Of a stretch of 64,000 bases of DNA, positions 49,483 through 59,403 are shown in pieces. The notes under the pieces were generated by a model that worked only from the letters and a program-made list of their open reading frames with translations, searched no databases and was not told where the DNA came from. The first letter of the stretch is position 1. Each line of letters begins with the position of its first letter. The stretch comes from Candidatus Eiseniibacteriota bacterium (GTDB taxonomy: Bacteria; Eisenbacteria; RBG-16-71-46; CAVPCR01). The translations under genes and the position numbers were made by a program. The stretch is taken from positions 1,184,001 to 1,248,000 of the forward strand of contig CAWGMA010000001.1 in NCBI GenBank assembly GCA_963823555.1. Reading direction: 5' to 3'.

Positions 49483-51135
49483 TTGATCGACCAGTACCTC
49501 AAATCCGAGCTGGCTCGAGCGGCATGCGCCGTGCTCGATCTGGCGCCGTCCGATGTGCCTGACGTGCCGCTCGAGGCGCCGCGGCAAAGGGAGCACGGCG
49601 ATCTGGCTTCGAGTCTCGCCCTGGTCCTGGCGCGGGCCCACAGGCGGCCGCCGCGGGAGCTGGCGCTTGCCCTCATCGATCGCCTGACGCTCGATCCGCG
49701 GCGCGTGGCCCAGGTCTCCGTGGCGGGGCCGGGGTTCATCAACTTCCAGCTGGGAAGTCCCTGGATCCTGGAGCAGCTCGCCGGGATCTTGACCCATTCC
49801 GAACGCTTCGGGGACAGCGCCGTCGGCGCTGGTGCGAAGGTGCAGGTCGAGTTCGTGAGCGCCAATCCGACGGGCCCGCTCAATGTCGTGAGCGCGCGGG
49901 CGGCCGCGGTCGGCGATACCCTCGTGCGTCTTCTCAGGGCATCGGGCCACGATGCGGCGAGCGAGTTCTACGTCAACGATGCCGGCCGGCAGGTGCAACT
50001 CTTTGCCGAGTCGATGGCGGCGCGCCTCGAACAGGCGAGGGGCGACGAGGCGCCGATTCCCGAGGAGGGCTACCACGGAGACTACGTCCGTCTCGTTGCG
50101 GAGGAGGTGGCGGCGGCCGGCGCCCTGGATGGCGTGCCCGCGGGCGAACGGCTGGAACGGCTTCGCGAATCCGGCATCGCGATCATGTTGCGGGAGCAGA
50201 AGAGCCACCTCGAGCGTTTCGGCGTCGAGTTCGATGTCTGGTTCCGGGAGTCGTCGCTGCATGCCTCGGGTGCCTTGGACACGGCGCTCGCCGAGCTCAA
50301 GGACGCCGGCTATGTCGTCGAGCGTGACGGCGCCCTGTGGTTTCGGACGACGGCTTTCGGCGACGATCAGGATCGGGTGGTCGTGCGTTCGGACGGCATG
50401 CCGACCTACTTCCTGGCCGACATCGCCTATCACCAGAACAAGCACAAACGCCGTTTTGAGCGCGTGATCGACATCTGGGGACCGGATCACCACGGGCATG
50501 TGCCCCGCATGCAGGCCGCGGCGCAGGCGCTCGGCCATGGACCGGACTGGCTCGAGGTCCTCATCGTGCAGCAGGTGAACCTCCTGCGCGGGGGACAGCC
50601 GGTGAAGATGTCGAAGCGCGCCGGCGAGTTCGTGACGCTGGATGAGCTGGTGGCCGAGGTCGGGCGCGATCCCGCGCGCTTCTTCTTCCTCATGCGGCGG
50701 ACCAACGCCCATCTCGATTTCGATCTCGATCTGGCCAGGGCGCAGACCGAGGAGAATCCCTGCTTCTACGTGCAGTACGCCCACGCCCGGATCGCGCAGA
50801 TCCTGGCCAACGCGCGCCGGCAGGATGTGACGGAGCGCACGCCGGATCAGGTCGAGTTCGAGCGTCTGACTGAACCCTCGGAGCTCGCGCTGGCCAAGCT
50901 CCTGGTCACGCTGCCGGAGGTGGTGAGCGGTGCCGCCCTGTCCCGCGAACCGCACCGGATCACCACGTACCTGCGCGAGGTGGCCGCGCTCTTTCATCGC
51001 TTCTATCACCTGGAGCGCGTGGTGGGGGTCGAGGAGGAGCTCATGCATGCCCGGCTCGCCCTCACGCGGGCCACGCAGGTCGTGCTGCGCCGCGGCCTCG
51101 GGCTGATCGGCGTCAGCGCGCCGGATCGGATGTAG
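49483..51135 (+). CDS. argS: Arginine-tRNA ligase
   Basis: GPGFINF, EFVSANPTGPL, KMSKR, YVQYAHARI, SAPDRM; TTG start inferred. Confidence 0.96.
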   Translation: MIDQYLKSELARAACAVLDLAPSDVPDVPLEAPRQREHGDLASSLALVLARAHRRPPRELALALIDRLTLDPRRVAQVSVAGPGFINFQLGSPWILEQLAGILTHSERFGDSAVGAGAKVQVEFVSANPTGPLNVVSARAAAVGDTLVRLLRASGHDAASEFYVNDAGRQVQLFAESMAARLEQARGDEAPIPEEGYHGDYVRLVAEEVAAAGALDGVPAGERLERLRESGIAIMLREQKSHLERFGVEFDVWFRESSLHASGALDTALAELKDAGYVVERDGALWFRTTAFGDDQDRVVVRSDGMPTYFLADIAYHQNKHKRRFERVIDIWGPDHHGHVPRMQAAAQALGHGPDWLEVLIVQQVNLLRGGQPVKMSKRAGEFVTLDELVAEVGRDPARFFFLMRRTNAHLDFDLDLARAQTEENPCFYVQYAHARIAQILANARRQDVTERTPDQVEFERLTEPSELALAKLLVTLPEVVSGAALSREPHRITTYLREVAALFHRFYHLERVVGVEEELMHARLALTRATQVVLRRGLGLIGVSAPDRM

Positions 51136-51185
51136 CGCTCACCAGCGCGACGTTCGCTACCCATGAATCAAAGAGGAGGGATGTT

Positions 51186-52127
51186 GTGACTGCGCCATCG
51201 CAGAAGACCGCCCAGGACGCCATCGTGGTCGTCGGATCGCTGGCGCTCGACACGGTGAGGACGCCGCTGGGCGAGGCGGAGGATGTCCTCGGCGGCTCGG
51301 CGGCCTACTTCGCGCTCGCCGCGCGTCTGTTCGTGCCGGTCAGCGTGGTCGCCGTCGTGGGGCAGGATTTCCCGCCGCCGCATCTCGATCTCTTGCGGCG
51401 ATCCGGGATCGATCTCGACTCGCTCGAGATCGCTCCAGGCGAGACCTTCCGCTGGGGCGGCGAGTATGGAGCCGACCTCAATCAACGGACGACCCTCTTC
51501 ACCTACCTGAACGTGTTCGAGCGCTTCAAGCCGAAGCTCGGCCCCGCACTCCAGAACGCCCGCTATCTCTTCCTCGCCAATATCGATCCCGACCTGCAGC
51601 AGGAGGTCCTGGATCAGGTCCGCAAGCCGGAGCTCGTGGTCTGCGACACCATGAACTTCTGGATCAGCGGCAAGCGCGAGGCTCTGGTCCGAACTCTGAG
51701 CCGCGTCGACGTGTTCATCCTGAACGACGGCGAGGCCAGAGAGCTGTCCGGTGAATCGAACATGTGGCGCGCGGCTCGTGCCATCCTGGCCATGGGTCCC
51801 CGGGCTGTCGTGATCAAGAAGGGAGAGCACGGGGCCATCCTGGTGACCGCCGAGGATCGATTCACCGCCCCGTCGTACCCGATCGAGATGGTGTACGATC
51901 CGACGGGAGCAGGAGATAGTTTCGCCGGGGGCTTCATGGGCTACCTGGCGGCCCACCGTGCGGCGGGCCCGGCCGAGCTCCGGCGGGCCGTGGTCTACGG
52001 CACCGTTGCCGCTTCGTTCAGTGTCGAGCGCTTCTCCGTCGATGGCCTGGTCGGTCTTGCCCGCGCCGATCTGGAGCGCCGCGGGCGGGAGCTTTCCACG
52101 CTGGCGCGCTTCGACTTGCCGTCATAG
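51186..52127 (+). CDS. PfkB-family sugar/nucleoside kinase
   Basis: GGSAAYF, DPTGAGDSFAGG. Confidence 0.9.
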   Translation: MTAPSQKTAQDAIVVVGSLALDTVRTPLGEAEDVLGGSAAYFALAARLFVPVSVVAVVGQDFPPPHLDLLRRSGIDLDSLEIAPGETFRWGGEYGADLNQRTTLFTYLNVFERFKPKLGPALQNARYLFLANIDPDLQQEVLDQVRKPELVVCDTMNFWISGKREALVRTLSRVDVFILNDGEARELSGESNMWRAARAILAMGPRAVVIKKGEHGAILVTAEDRFTAPSYPIEMVYDPTGAGDSFAGGFMGYLAAHRAAGPAELRRAVVYGTVAASFSVERFSVDGLVGLARADLERRGRELSTLARFDLPS

Positions 52128-52271
52128 CGCGGGGGCCGGTGATTGTCCGGCCCGGTCGGTGGGCGTTCAGGTCTTTTCGCTGGGGCATCTCGCCCGAGCA
52201 GCCGAAAACCATAGGGCAGGCCCGGCGGGCCCGGTTGTCCCGGGCCGCGTTCAAGGCATCCTCGACATCGC

Positions 52272-54305
52272 ATGTTTGAAGAATTCTTTCAGCTGCGCGA
52301 GAACCCTTTCGCTCTCGCCCCCAACCCGCGTTTCATCTTTCACAGCCACGAGCACTCGGAGGCGCTGGCCCACCTGCGCTACTGGGTGGAGAACGGCGAA
52401 GGCTTCGTGCTGATCACGGGCGAGGTCGGGACCGGCAAGACGACGGCCCTCTTCGATCTCATCGCCCAGCTGCCGACCGACTGCGCGGTGGCCTTCGTGG
52501 CCAACTCGACGCTCACCATTCCGGAGCTGCTCGAGGAGATCTGCCGGCGATTCGGGCTCGAGGTTCCACCTGCGGCTTCCAAGCCGGCCCTGCTCGGGCT
52601 CCTGGAGAAGTACCTGTCCGCCCGGATCGAGCGCGGTCTGGGTTCGCTGCTCATCCTCGATGAGGCCCAGAACTTCGAGGGACAGGCGCTCGAGGAGATC
52701 CGGCTGCTCTCCAACCTCGAGCGCATGGATGGCAAGCTGATCCAGATCGCTCTGGTTGGACAGCCCGAGCTGGAACGCAAGCTCGCCCGGCCCGAACTCC
52801 GGCAGCTCAGGCAACGCATCGGAATCCGCTATCGCCTGGGTCCCCTCAGCGAAGAGGAGACGCTTCACTACTTGCACCACCGCATCACCGTGGCAGGAGG
52901 GGATGCCACGATCATCATCCCGGAGGCTACGGCGGCGACGATCCACCGGCTCACCCACGGCATCCCGCGCGAGATCAACATCGTGGCGAGCCAGGCCCTG
53001 ATCAACGCCTTCGTGGCCAGCGCCTCATGCGTCCTTCCCGAGCACGTGCAGTCCGTCGTGGATGACTTCGAGTGGGCCTCGATCTTCGGGGATGAGATAC
53101 CGCCCCCCAGGGCGCGCCTCGGCCGGCAGGCAGCCGAAGACACGAGACCAGGCCCGGCTCCTGGAGGCCCGGCCACAACGCGGGTGACGCGCCCCGAGCC
53201 ACGACCGGAACCGCCGCGAGCGGCCCCGAGGCCTGAGATCTCACGGCCGTCCGCTCCGGCACCGAGGCCGGTCCCGCCGGTTCCACCCGCCGCCCGGCCG
53301 GTCACCCAGCGGCCTGCAGCCGACGCCCGTCCGGGAGCTCCCCAGCCGCCGCAGGGACCGGCCGCCATGACGCCCGGAGGAGTTCACGGCAGTGACCGCG
53401 CGGCGGCCCCGCCACCCCACGAGAGATCCCGGCAGGAAAGCGGAAGCCACCAGGCGGGAGAGGGCGGCGATGCGGAGCACCGGGGCCGCCCTCCGCTCGG
53501 CGTGGTGATTGGTGGTGGTGTCGAGCCGAGACGCGAGGGGATCCCGGCGAGCGGGGAGCCAGAGGTGGCATCTCGGCGCCGCGAGGCAGCGCCGGCCCAC
53601 GTGCCGGGTCAGGCCGCGGCGGCGGGCCGCCCGGCCGGGCGCGGAGCGGGGGGGACGGAAGCCCCATGGTTCGACTCGCTCACCGATGCGCCGGTCCGGC
53701 GTCGCTGGCCGCTTGTTCTGGCTGTCATCCTCATCGCGGCTGGAATCGTCAGCGTTTTCTTCTGGCAATTCGGCATCGTGATCACCCGGGCGCCGGAGCG
53801 GGACCGCGCCGAGATGGTGACCGGCACGCGGGAGTCGGATCCGGCGGAGACAGCCCCTCGCACGGAGGTTGCCGAGATGGCGCGAGGAACGGTTGGCGGC
53901 GCCGATCCTTCGGCAGCGCCTCCTCGGGGAAATCGAGATCGCGAGGACGCAGCTGCGATGGCAGGGGAACCCGCTGCGGCACCTTCGGAGACACCCCCGG
54001 CGGTCCCGGATGGAATCTCCACCCCCGAATCGCGAACCCATGCTCGCCCGGGCGGCGCGGGGCCCTACACCATCCAGCTCGAGTCGTTCATCGACGGCGA
54101 CGCCCAGGTGGTCGAGCGCACGCGGGCCTACTGGATCCAGCTGCTCGGCGGTCCGATCGAGATCGTCGAGGCGGATGTCGAGGGCGATCTGTGGCACCGC
54201 GTCCTCTTCGATCGCTTCGCGTCGGAAGAGGAAGCCCGGGAGCTCCTGACCAGGCTCAAGGCCGGAGGCAACGTGCGTGACGATGCCATGGTGACGCTGC
54301 GCTGA
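52272..54305 (+). CDS. ExeA/GspA-like AAA ATPase with Pro-rich linker, TM and SPOR-like C-terminus
   Basis: FFQLRENPF, GEVGTGKTT, LDEAQ, QLRQRI, GIPREIN; YTIQLESF...WHRV. Confidence 0.85.
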   Translation: MFEEFFQLRENPFALAPNPRFIFHSHEHSEALAHLRYWVENGEGFVLITGEVGTGKTTALFDLIAQLPTDCAVAFVANSTLTIPELLEEICRRFGLEVPPAASKPALLGLLEKYLSARIERGLGSLLILDEAQNFEGQALEEIRLLSNLERMDGKLIQIALVGQPELERKLARPELRQLRQRIGIRYRLGPLSEEETLHYLHHRITVAGGDATIIIPEATAATIHRLTHGIPREINIVASQALINAFVASASCVLPEHVQSVVDDFEWASIFGDEIPPPRARLGRQAAEDTRPGPAPGGPATTRVTRPEPRPEPPRAAPRPEISRPSAPAPRPVPPVPPAARPVTQRPAADARPGAPQPPQGPAAMTPGGVHGSDRAAAPPPHERSRQESGSHQAGEGGDAEHRGRPPLGVVIGGGVEPRREGIPASGEPEVASRRREAAPAHVPGQAAAAGRPAGRGAGGTEAPWFDSLTDAPVRRRWPLVLAVILIAAGIVSVFFWQFGIVITRAPERDRAEMVTGTRESDPAETAPRTEVAEMARGTVGGADPSAAPPRGNRDREDAAAMAGEPAAAPSETPPAVPDGISTPESRTHARPGGAGPYTIQLESFIDGDAQVVERTRAYWIQLLGGPIEIVEADVEGDLWHRVLFDRFASEEEARELLTRLKAGGNVRDDAMVTLR

Positions 54306-54377
54306 GGCGGCGCATCACCGGTCCGGTCACCGATCACCTTCCCGTTTTCCGCGTGTCACAATAATTGTCAGTAACAA

Positions 54378-56237
54378 CTATTGTACTTGGGGCGCCACCG
54401 CGTAGATGAGGTGGGGTCCGGCGCGGAAGCGTGGCGCGAAGGAGGCCAGGTCCTGCGGGTGTGCGATGAGCCGGACGTAGTTCGTGCGCGCGCCGCGGGC
54501 GGTCGGCTGCTGGCCGGTCCAGTAATCGGTGAAGCGGCGTCCGGCATAGGCGGCGTTGATGCCGCGCTTCTCCGCCGGCACCCACAGGTAGGTGGCGCGG
54601 TGCGCCCGGCAGAGGGCGAGCAGCGTGGCTTCATCCTCGGCATAGAGGGCGGTCGCGAAGTCCGCGATGCCGCGCCGCATCGCCGGGATCTCGAGCAGTC
54701 CATCCGTGACCGTGGGGATCCCGGAGACGAGCTGGATCGCGTAGCCATAGCCCCAGTCGCCGAGGACGATGTCGCCGGGACGAGCATGATCGCGGAGCCA
54801 GTGTAGGGCGGCATTCGTTTCCGGCGCGCGACGCGCAGGCAGGACCGCGACCAGGCGGCGGGCGTCGTTCGCGGTCCACAGGAGCCCGCCCACGGCGATC
54901 GCGGTCGCGGCGAAGGCGGCGATCGGCCGGCGGTGGCGCCGGGGACCCTGCCCCTGCGCGCGCCAGGCGCCGGCGACGAGGAGGGCGGGATAGAGCGCAA
55001 GCAGGGGGCCGGCGAGCACCTTGTTGCGAGCGAAGAGCAGGGTGAGGATGAAGAAGACCGCCGTCGCCGCCTGCCATAGCCGGAAGCCCGCACCCGTTCC
55101 GGAGTCCGCGATGAACGGCCTCCGCCGCGGCATGCGGCGTCCCAGGACATACAACGAGAGCAAGGGGATGAGAGCCGAGAAGTAGTCGGCATCGACGAGA
55201 TGCGCCGGTCTCGGCGAGTCCATCTCGGCATTGGTGGCGAGCAGCACCGCGCCGATGTCGTTCCCGCCGAAGCCCAGTTTCTGCGCGATCGCTCCGCCCA
55301 CGCTGTCGTACGAGGACGGTGCGGCGGCAACGATGCTCGCCATGATGGCGAACGCCGCCAGGGCGATACGGAGCGCGAGGTGCCGTTGCTGGGGCCGTAC
55401 CTCGGGGCCGAAGCGGGTGAACACGAGGGCGAGGACGATCGCGGAGAGGGCGAGGATCCCGGTACGACTCAGAGCGAACGGCTCGGCGCGGAGGTAGGGG
55501 ACGAGAGGCGAGAGCGCCATCACCAGGATGAGGGATGGCAGGATCGCGATCACATGCCGCCGCCGCAGGCGGTCGGCGGCGAGGAGGACGAGGAGCCCGA
55601 TCGACTCGAGAGCGACCAGAATGAGGGGCACGCGCCAGGCGAGGACGGCGGTACCCAGACAGAGGGCGGCGGCTGCGCTCGCCATGTTGAGAGTGCGCGG
55701 TCTCGACGCGGAGAGGGCTGCGGCCAGAGCGGCGAGGTGCCCGGTCAGGAGGAGCGCGCCGAGCGCGTCGTAGCGCAGCCAGTGGCCCGCCGTGCGGTGG
55801 ACGTGCGCGGGGCAGACGGCGGCGAAGGCCGCGGCGAGGAGCGCCGGTCCCCGGCCGAGACCGAGTGCGCGCGCGGCGATGTAGAGCGGCACCGCGATCA
55901 TCGCCCCGCTGAGGGCGATGAAGAGAACCGCCGCCATATCGAGGTCCAGATCGAGACCGAGCGTGCGAAGCGCGCGGTGCCAGAAGGCGACCGCCGGATA
56001 GAGCAGGGTCGGGAGGAACTCCGGAATCGGCTTCCCGTAGGGCGCCAGCCCGAGGGGATCCACGGCGGGAACCTGTCCGGTCGCTTCCACGGCGGCCGTC
56101 ATGCGGATGTGGAAGGCAGGATCGAAGTCCCACTCGACGCCGCCGGCCTGGCGGACCGGCTCGAGGCGCAGGAGCGTGCCGCCAGCGACGATGGCGACGA
56201 GGCCGATGAGGGCCAGGGCCCGCATGCCGCCGGGCAT
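54378..56237 (-). CDS. Stt3/AglB/PglB-like GT-C glycosyltransferase with variant motifs
   Basis: DFDPAFHIR, HRTAGHWLRYD, TNAE, LGDWGYGYAIQ...TVTDG; multiple TMs plus soluble C-terminal domain. Confidence 0.65.
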   Translation of the reverse strand: MPGGMRALALIGLVAIVAGGTLLRLEPVRQAGGVEWDFDPAFHIRMTAAVEATGQVPAVDPLGLAPYGKPIPEFLPTLLYPAVAFWHRALRTLGLDLDLDMAAVLFIALSGAMIAVPLYIAARALGLGRGPALLAAAFAAVCPAHVHRTAGHWLRYDALGALLLTGHLAALAAALSASRPRTLNMASAAAALCLGTAVLAWRVPLILVALESIGLLVLLAADRLRRRHVIAILPSLILVMALSPLVPYLRAEPFALSRTGILALSAIVLALVFTRFGPEVRPQQRHLALRIALAAFAIMASIVAAAPSSYDSVGGAIAQKLGFGGNDIGAVLLATNAEMDSPRPAHLVDADYFSALIPLLSLYVLGRRMPRRRPFIADSGTGAGFRLWQAATAVFFILTLLFARNKVLAGPLLALYPALLVAGAWRAQGQGPRRHRRPIAAFAATAIAVGGLLWTANDARRLVAVLPARRAPETNAALHWLRDHARPGDIVLGDWGYGYAIQLVSGIPTVTDGLLEIPAMRRGIADFATALYAEDEATLLALCRAHRATYLWVPAEKRGINAAYAGRRFTDYWTGQQPTARGARTNYVRLIAHPQDLASFAPRFRAGPHLIYAVAPQVQ

Positions 56238-56256
56238 CGGGCGCGTCAGCGGCGGC

Positions 56257-56763
56257 TCACGGGCAGCCCTGCTGTCCCGTGGCTGCAGTGCGGAACGTGG
56301 TCTGCGCACTCGTCTCGAGTTCCCGGCCATCCTGGTTGCGGGCGATGATGAAGTTGAAGGTGTAATTGGTCGAGGGGAGGAAGTCGAAGGGGAGTCCGAG
56401 CGTGCGCTCGGTGCCCGGGATCGGCTGACCGCTCGCGCTCGTCTCCGGGTTGGAGAGGAAGACCGCATTCACGTCGAGCGCCGCTCCTGGTTGCAGGGTG
56501 GCAAGGAAGTAGCGTGGGGCCTCGTCGTCGTATACCGCCGTGGTATCGAGCGGGCTGTTGAATGTGACATAGATCGTATCCCGGCAACTCGCGTTCTGAC
56601 TTCCGGCCGTGGGCTCGACGAGCACGACGCGGAAACTCTCCGTGACGTTGGGACCGCCTCCCTCGTCGCAGCCCGGTGCGACCATGAGGACTGCGGCTGT
56701 TGCAGCCAGGATCGAGGCGATGATCATCCATCGCCGCTCAGAGAAGCGGGTATCTGCCTTCAT
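56257..56763 (-). CDS. Lipoprotein with Ig-like (Big_5-like) domain
   Basis: Hydrophobic signal ending VAPG-C; IYVTFNSPLD, LPSTNYT, FRTA. Confidence 0.7.
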   Translation of the reverse strand: MKADTRFSERRWMIIASILAATAAVLMVAPGCDEGGGPNVTESFRVVLVEPTAGSQNASCRDTIYVTFNSPLDTTAVYDDEAPRYFLATLQPGAALDVNAVFLSNPETSASGQPIPGTERTLGLPFDFLPSTNYTFNFIIARNQDGRELETSAQTTFRTAATGQQGCP

Positions 56764-56806
56764 GCTCTCTCCTCTTATCGTTCGCGATGCAGAAGAATCC
56801 GAAGGG

Positions 56807-57694
56807 TCACCCTTCGACCTCGGCGGCGAGGACCTCGGCATAGGATGCGCGTAGGGCGAGCGTCACCGGGCCCGGGACTCGAGGTCCCAGGGAACGCCCG
56901 TCGACGCTCTCGACGGCACGGATTCCGGCCACGGAACCGGTGGCGAACATCTCCGTCGCTGCGCGCACCTCCGCCGTGGCCACGGCCCGCTCCTCGACCC
57001 GCATCCGGGCTGCCCGGGCCAGCTCGATCACCAGATCGCGCGTGACACCCGCCAGCAGGCCCTGGTCCTTGGGAGGAGTGACGATGATGCCCTCCCGCAC
57101 CAGAAAGACGTTGGCCGCCGTCGTTTCCTTGACCCAGCTCTCGTACACCAGGAGCGCCTCATCCGCTCCCGCGCTCACGGCCTCCGCGGCGGCGAGAACG
57201 TAAGGCAGGTGGTTCAGCGATTTCAAGCTGGCCCAATCTGCCGGTCGCGGAGCCGCGAGGGCCACGGAGGCGAGGCGGATGGGGCGCGGGTCCGAGGGGG
57301 GAGCTCCAGGCGGCAGGGGCTCGACCTGCGCCAGACACGTGGGCCTGGCAGTGGCCGGGGGCACGGCCAGCCCCGAATCGGGCCCGCGGGTGACGAGGAG
57401 GCGGAGCCGGCCTTCTCCCGCCTCGAGGCCGTTCAGGCGCAGGAGCTCGGTCAGGGCCGGGGCCGGAAAGGCGGCTGCCGGGGCCAGATCCAGCCGCAAG
57501 AGCTCGAGCCCCTGGGTCATGCGGGCGAGGTGTTCCTCGAGACGGACGATGCGCCCGCGGTGGATCCGGAGCGTCTCGTAGAGCCCGTCGCCGTAGCGCA
57601 GGCCACGGTCCCGCGGGCTCACGCGAATCGCCGTCTCGGGGACGATCTCGCCGTTCCAGAGCCAGAAGGTCTCGCTCGCCGCCGTGGGGATCAT
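56807..57694 (-). CDS. pabC: Class IV aminotransferase / aminodeoxychorismate lyase
   Basis: DRGLRYGDGLYET, LKSLN, LAGVTR; coupled to pabB. Confidence 0.75.
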   Translation of the reverse strand: MIPTAASETFWLWNGEIVPETAIRVSPRDRGLRYGDGLYETLRIHRGRIVRLEEHLARMTQGLELLRLDLAPAAAFPAPALTELLRLNGLEAGEGRLRLLVTRGPDSGLAVPPATARPTCLAQVEPLPPGAPPSDPRPIRLASVALAAPRPADWASLKSLNHLPYVLAAAEAVSAGADEALLVYESWVKETTAANVFLVREGIIVTPPKDQGLLAGVTRDLVIELARAARMRVEERAVATAEVRAATEMFATGSVAGIRAVESVDGRSLGPRVPGPVTLALRASYAEVLAAEVEG

Positions 57695-59196
57695 CTTGCT
57701 CCTTCCACCGCCTGGGGGCGGACCGGAGCCGGGGTGTCCGCGGTCTGGAACGCTGCCAGCACCTGGGCAAATTGCCGCGCCTTGTCGCAGGTTTCCGCGT
57801 ACTCGCTGTCGGCATCCGAGTCGATGACGATGCCGCCGCCGACGCGGTACTCGACCTCCCCGGCGGCGATCGTGGCCGTGCGGATAGTGATCGCCAGGTC
57901 GAGGTCGCCGCCGGCGTCCCAGTAGCCGACCGCACCGGTGTAGAAGCGCCGGGGTTCGCCCTCGAGCTCGCGCAGGATCTCGATCGCCCGGATCTTGGGC
58001 GCGCCCGTGATCGAGCCGCCGGGGAAGGTGGCCCGGATGAGATCGACCGTTCCGGTCCCCGGCCGGGCGATCGCATGCACGGTCGAGACCAGGTGATGGA
58101 CGGCCGGGTAGCTCTCGACGGCGAAGAGGGGATCGACGCGGACCGTGCCGGGGATGCTGACCCGTCCCAGATCATTGCGCTCGAGATCCACGATCATCAC
58201 GTGCTCGGCCCGATCCTTGGCGCTCGCGCGCAGGCGTTCCAGCTCGACGTGGTCGGCGGCGGGATCGGCGCCGCGCGGGCGCGTGCCCTTGATGGGCGCG
58301 GTCTCGAGGTGATCGCCGCGCCGGGAGAGGAAGCGCTCCGGGGAGAAGCTCAAGACCGCGACCGAGCCGAGATCCAGGTAGGCGCCATGCGGAACGCGAC
58401 CATGACGGCGATGCGCGAGAAAGAGCGCCAGGGGCGGGGCGGACCAGGGGGCGCGCAGCGCTCGCGACAGATTCACCTGATAGATGTCCCCGGCGACGAG
58501 GTGGTCGCGGATCCGGGCGATGGCCGAGCGGTACGCGGGCGATGGCCCATCGCCCGCGCCTGGTGCGAGATCGGTCAGCGGCGATGTCATCGCTGGAAGA
58601 TCGACGGGGGGCTCCGCCATTGCGGCCGCTTCCACGGCGGCGGCCACGTCGTTTCCCCGGAGGGTGGTCATGACGCCCGAGATGGGGCGTCCCCGCCGCG
58701 GCTCGCGGCCGGCCACGAAGGCGCGGTCGTGCGCCTCATCGAGGACCAGGACGGAGTCGTAGAACGCCGCTGCGAGATCGGGAATGCGGGCCTCTGTGCG
58801 GTGCCCGTGAACAGGGGGCAGGCGTTCGATCCAGTCGGCGAGCTCGAAGCCGAGGGCGAGCACCGCCCCCGAGGCCCAGGGCACGCCGGGCGGCGTGCCT
58901 CCCGGCCGGGCTTCGGCGGCGAGGGCCGCCTCGAGGGCGCGTAGCGGGTCGCCCGTGGCGCATGACGTGGCGATGATGCCGCGCCCTGGATCCCAGCGCT
59001 CCTCGACCAGTTGGTCCCCGTAGGCGAGGAGAACGCGGTGGGGGTTCCAGGTGAGATAGCTCATGGCTCCGCGCGGCGTCACGCCCCCGTCCCCGTCGAG
59101 CCAGACGGGATAGCGAGCTCGAGCGGCATGTTGCGCCAGCCGGGCTGAATCCGGCAGGGCCGGCAGTCGATGCAGGAAGGGACGCGGGGACGACAT
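57691..59196 (-). CDS. pabB: Aminodeoxychorismate synthase component I
   Basis: GDIYQVNL, SPERF, PIKGT, VDLERNDLG, FPGGSITGAPK. Confidence 0.85.
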   Translation of the reverse strand: MSSPRPFLHRLPALPDSARLAQHAARARYPVWLDGDGGVTPRGAMSYLTWNPHRVLLAYGDQLVEERWDPGRGIIATSCATGDPLRALEAALAAEARPGGTPPGVPWASGAVLALGFELADWIERLPPVHGHRTEARIPDLAAAFYDSVLVLDEAHDRAFVAGREPRRGRPISGVMTTLRGNDVAAAVEAAAMAEPPVDLPAMTSPLTDLAPGAGDGPSPAYRSAIARIRDHLVAGDIYQVNLSRALRAPWSAPPLALFLAHRRHGRVPHGAYLDLGSVAVLSFSPERFLSRRGDHLETAPIKGTRPRGADPAADHVELERLRASAKDRAEHVMIVDLERNDLGRVSIPGTVRVDPLFAVESYPAVHHLVSTVHAIARPGTGTVDLIRATFPGGSITGAPKIRAIEILRELEGEPRRFYTGAVGYWDAGGDLDLAITIRTATIAAGEVEYRVGGGIVIDSDADSEYAETCDKARQFAQVLAAFQTADTPAPVRPQAVEGAR

Positions 59197-59403
59197 GGCG
59201 CCGCATCCTAGCATTCGTGGTCGCTGCCGGGCGCAGAAGCCTGGCCCCACGGCTGACGCTGCCGTAGCCACGATCGACCATGGGATGCGCAGTGCTTGGA
59301 CGGGGATCGATGCCCTGCGCCCGAGAGCGCCACGCGTGGGAGGCGGGTGTGGCGTCAAGCGTGATCCTTCGCGAGTGGCTCATCGCTTGCTGATCGCTCT
59401 CGC

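Noticed and set aside
54354..54371. Pho-box-like TGTCA direct repeat in an AT-rich patch
   Set aside because: The spacing is 12 rather than 11, and it lies between convergent gene ends.
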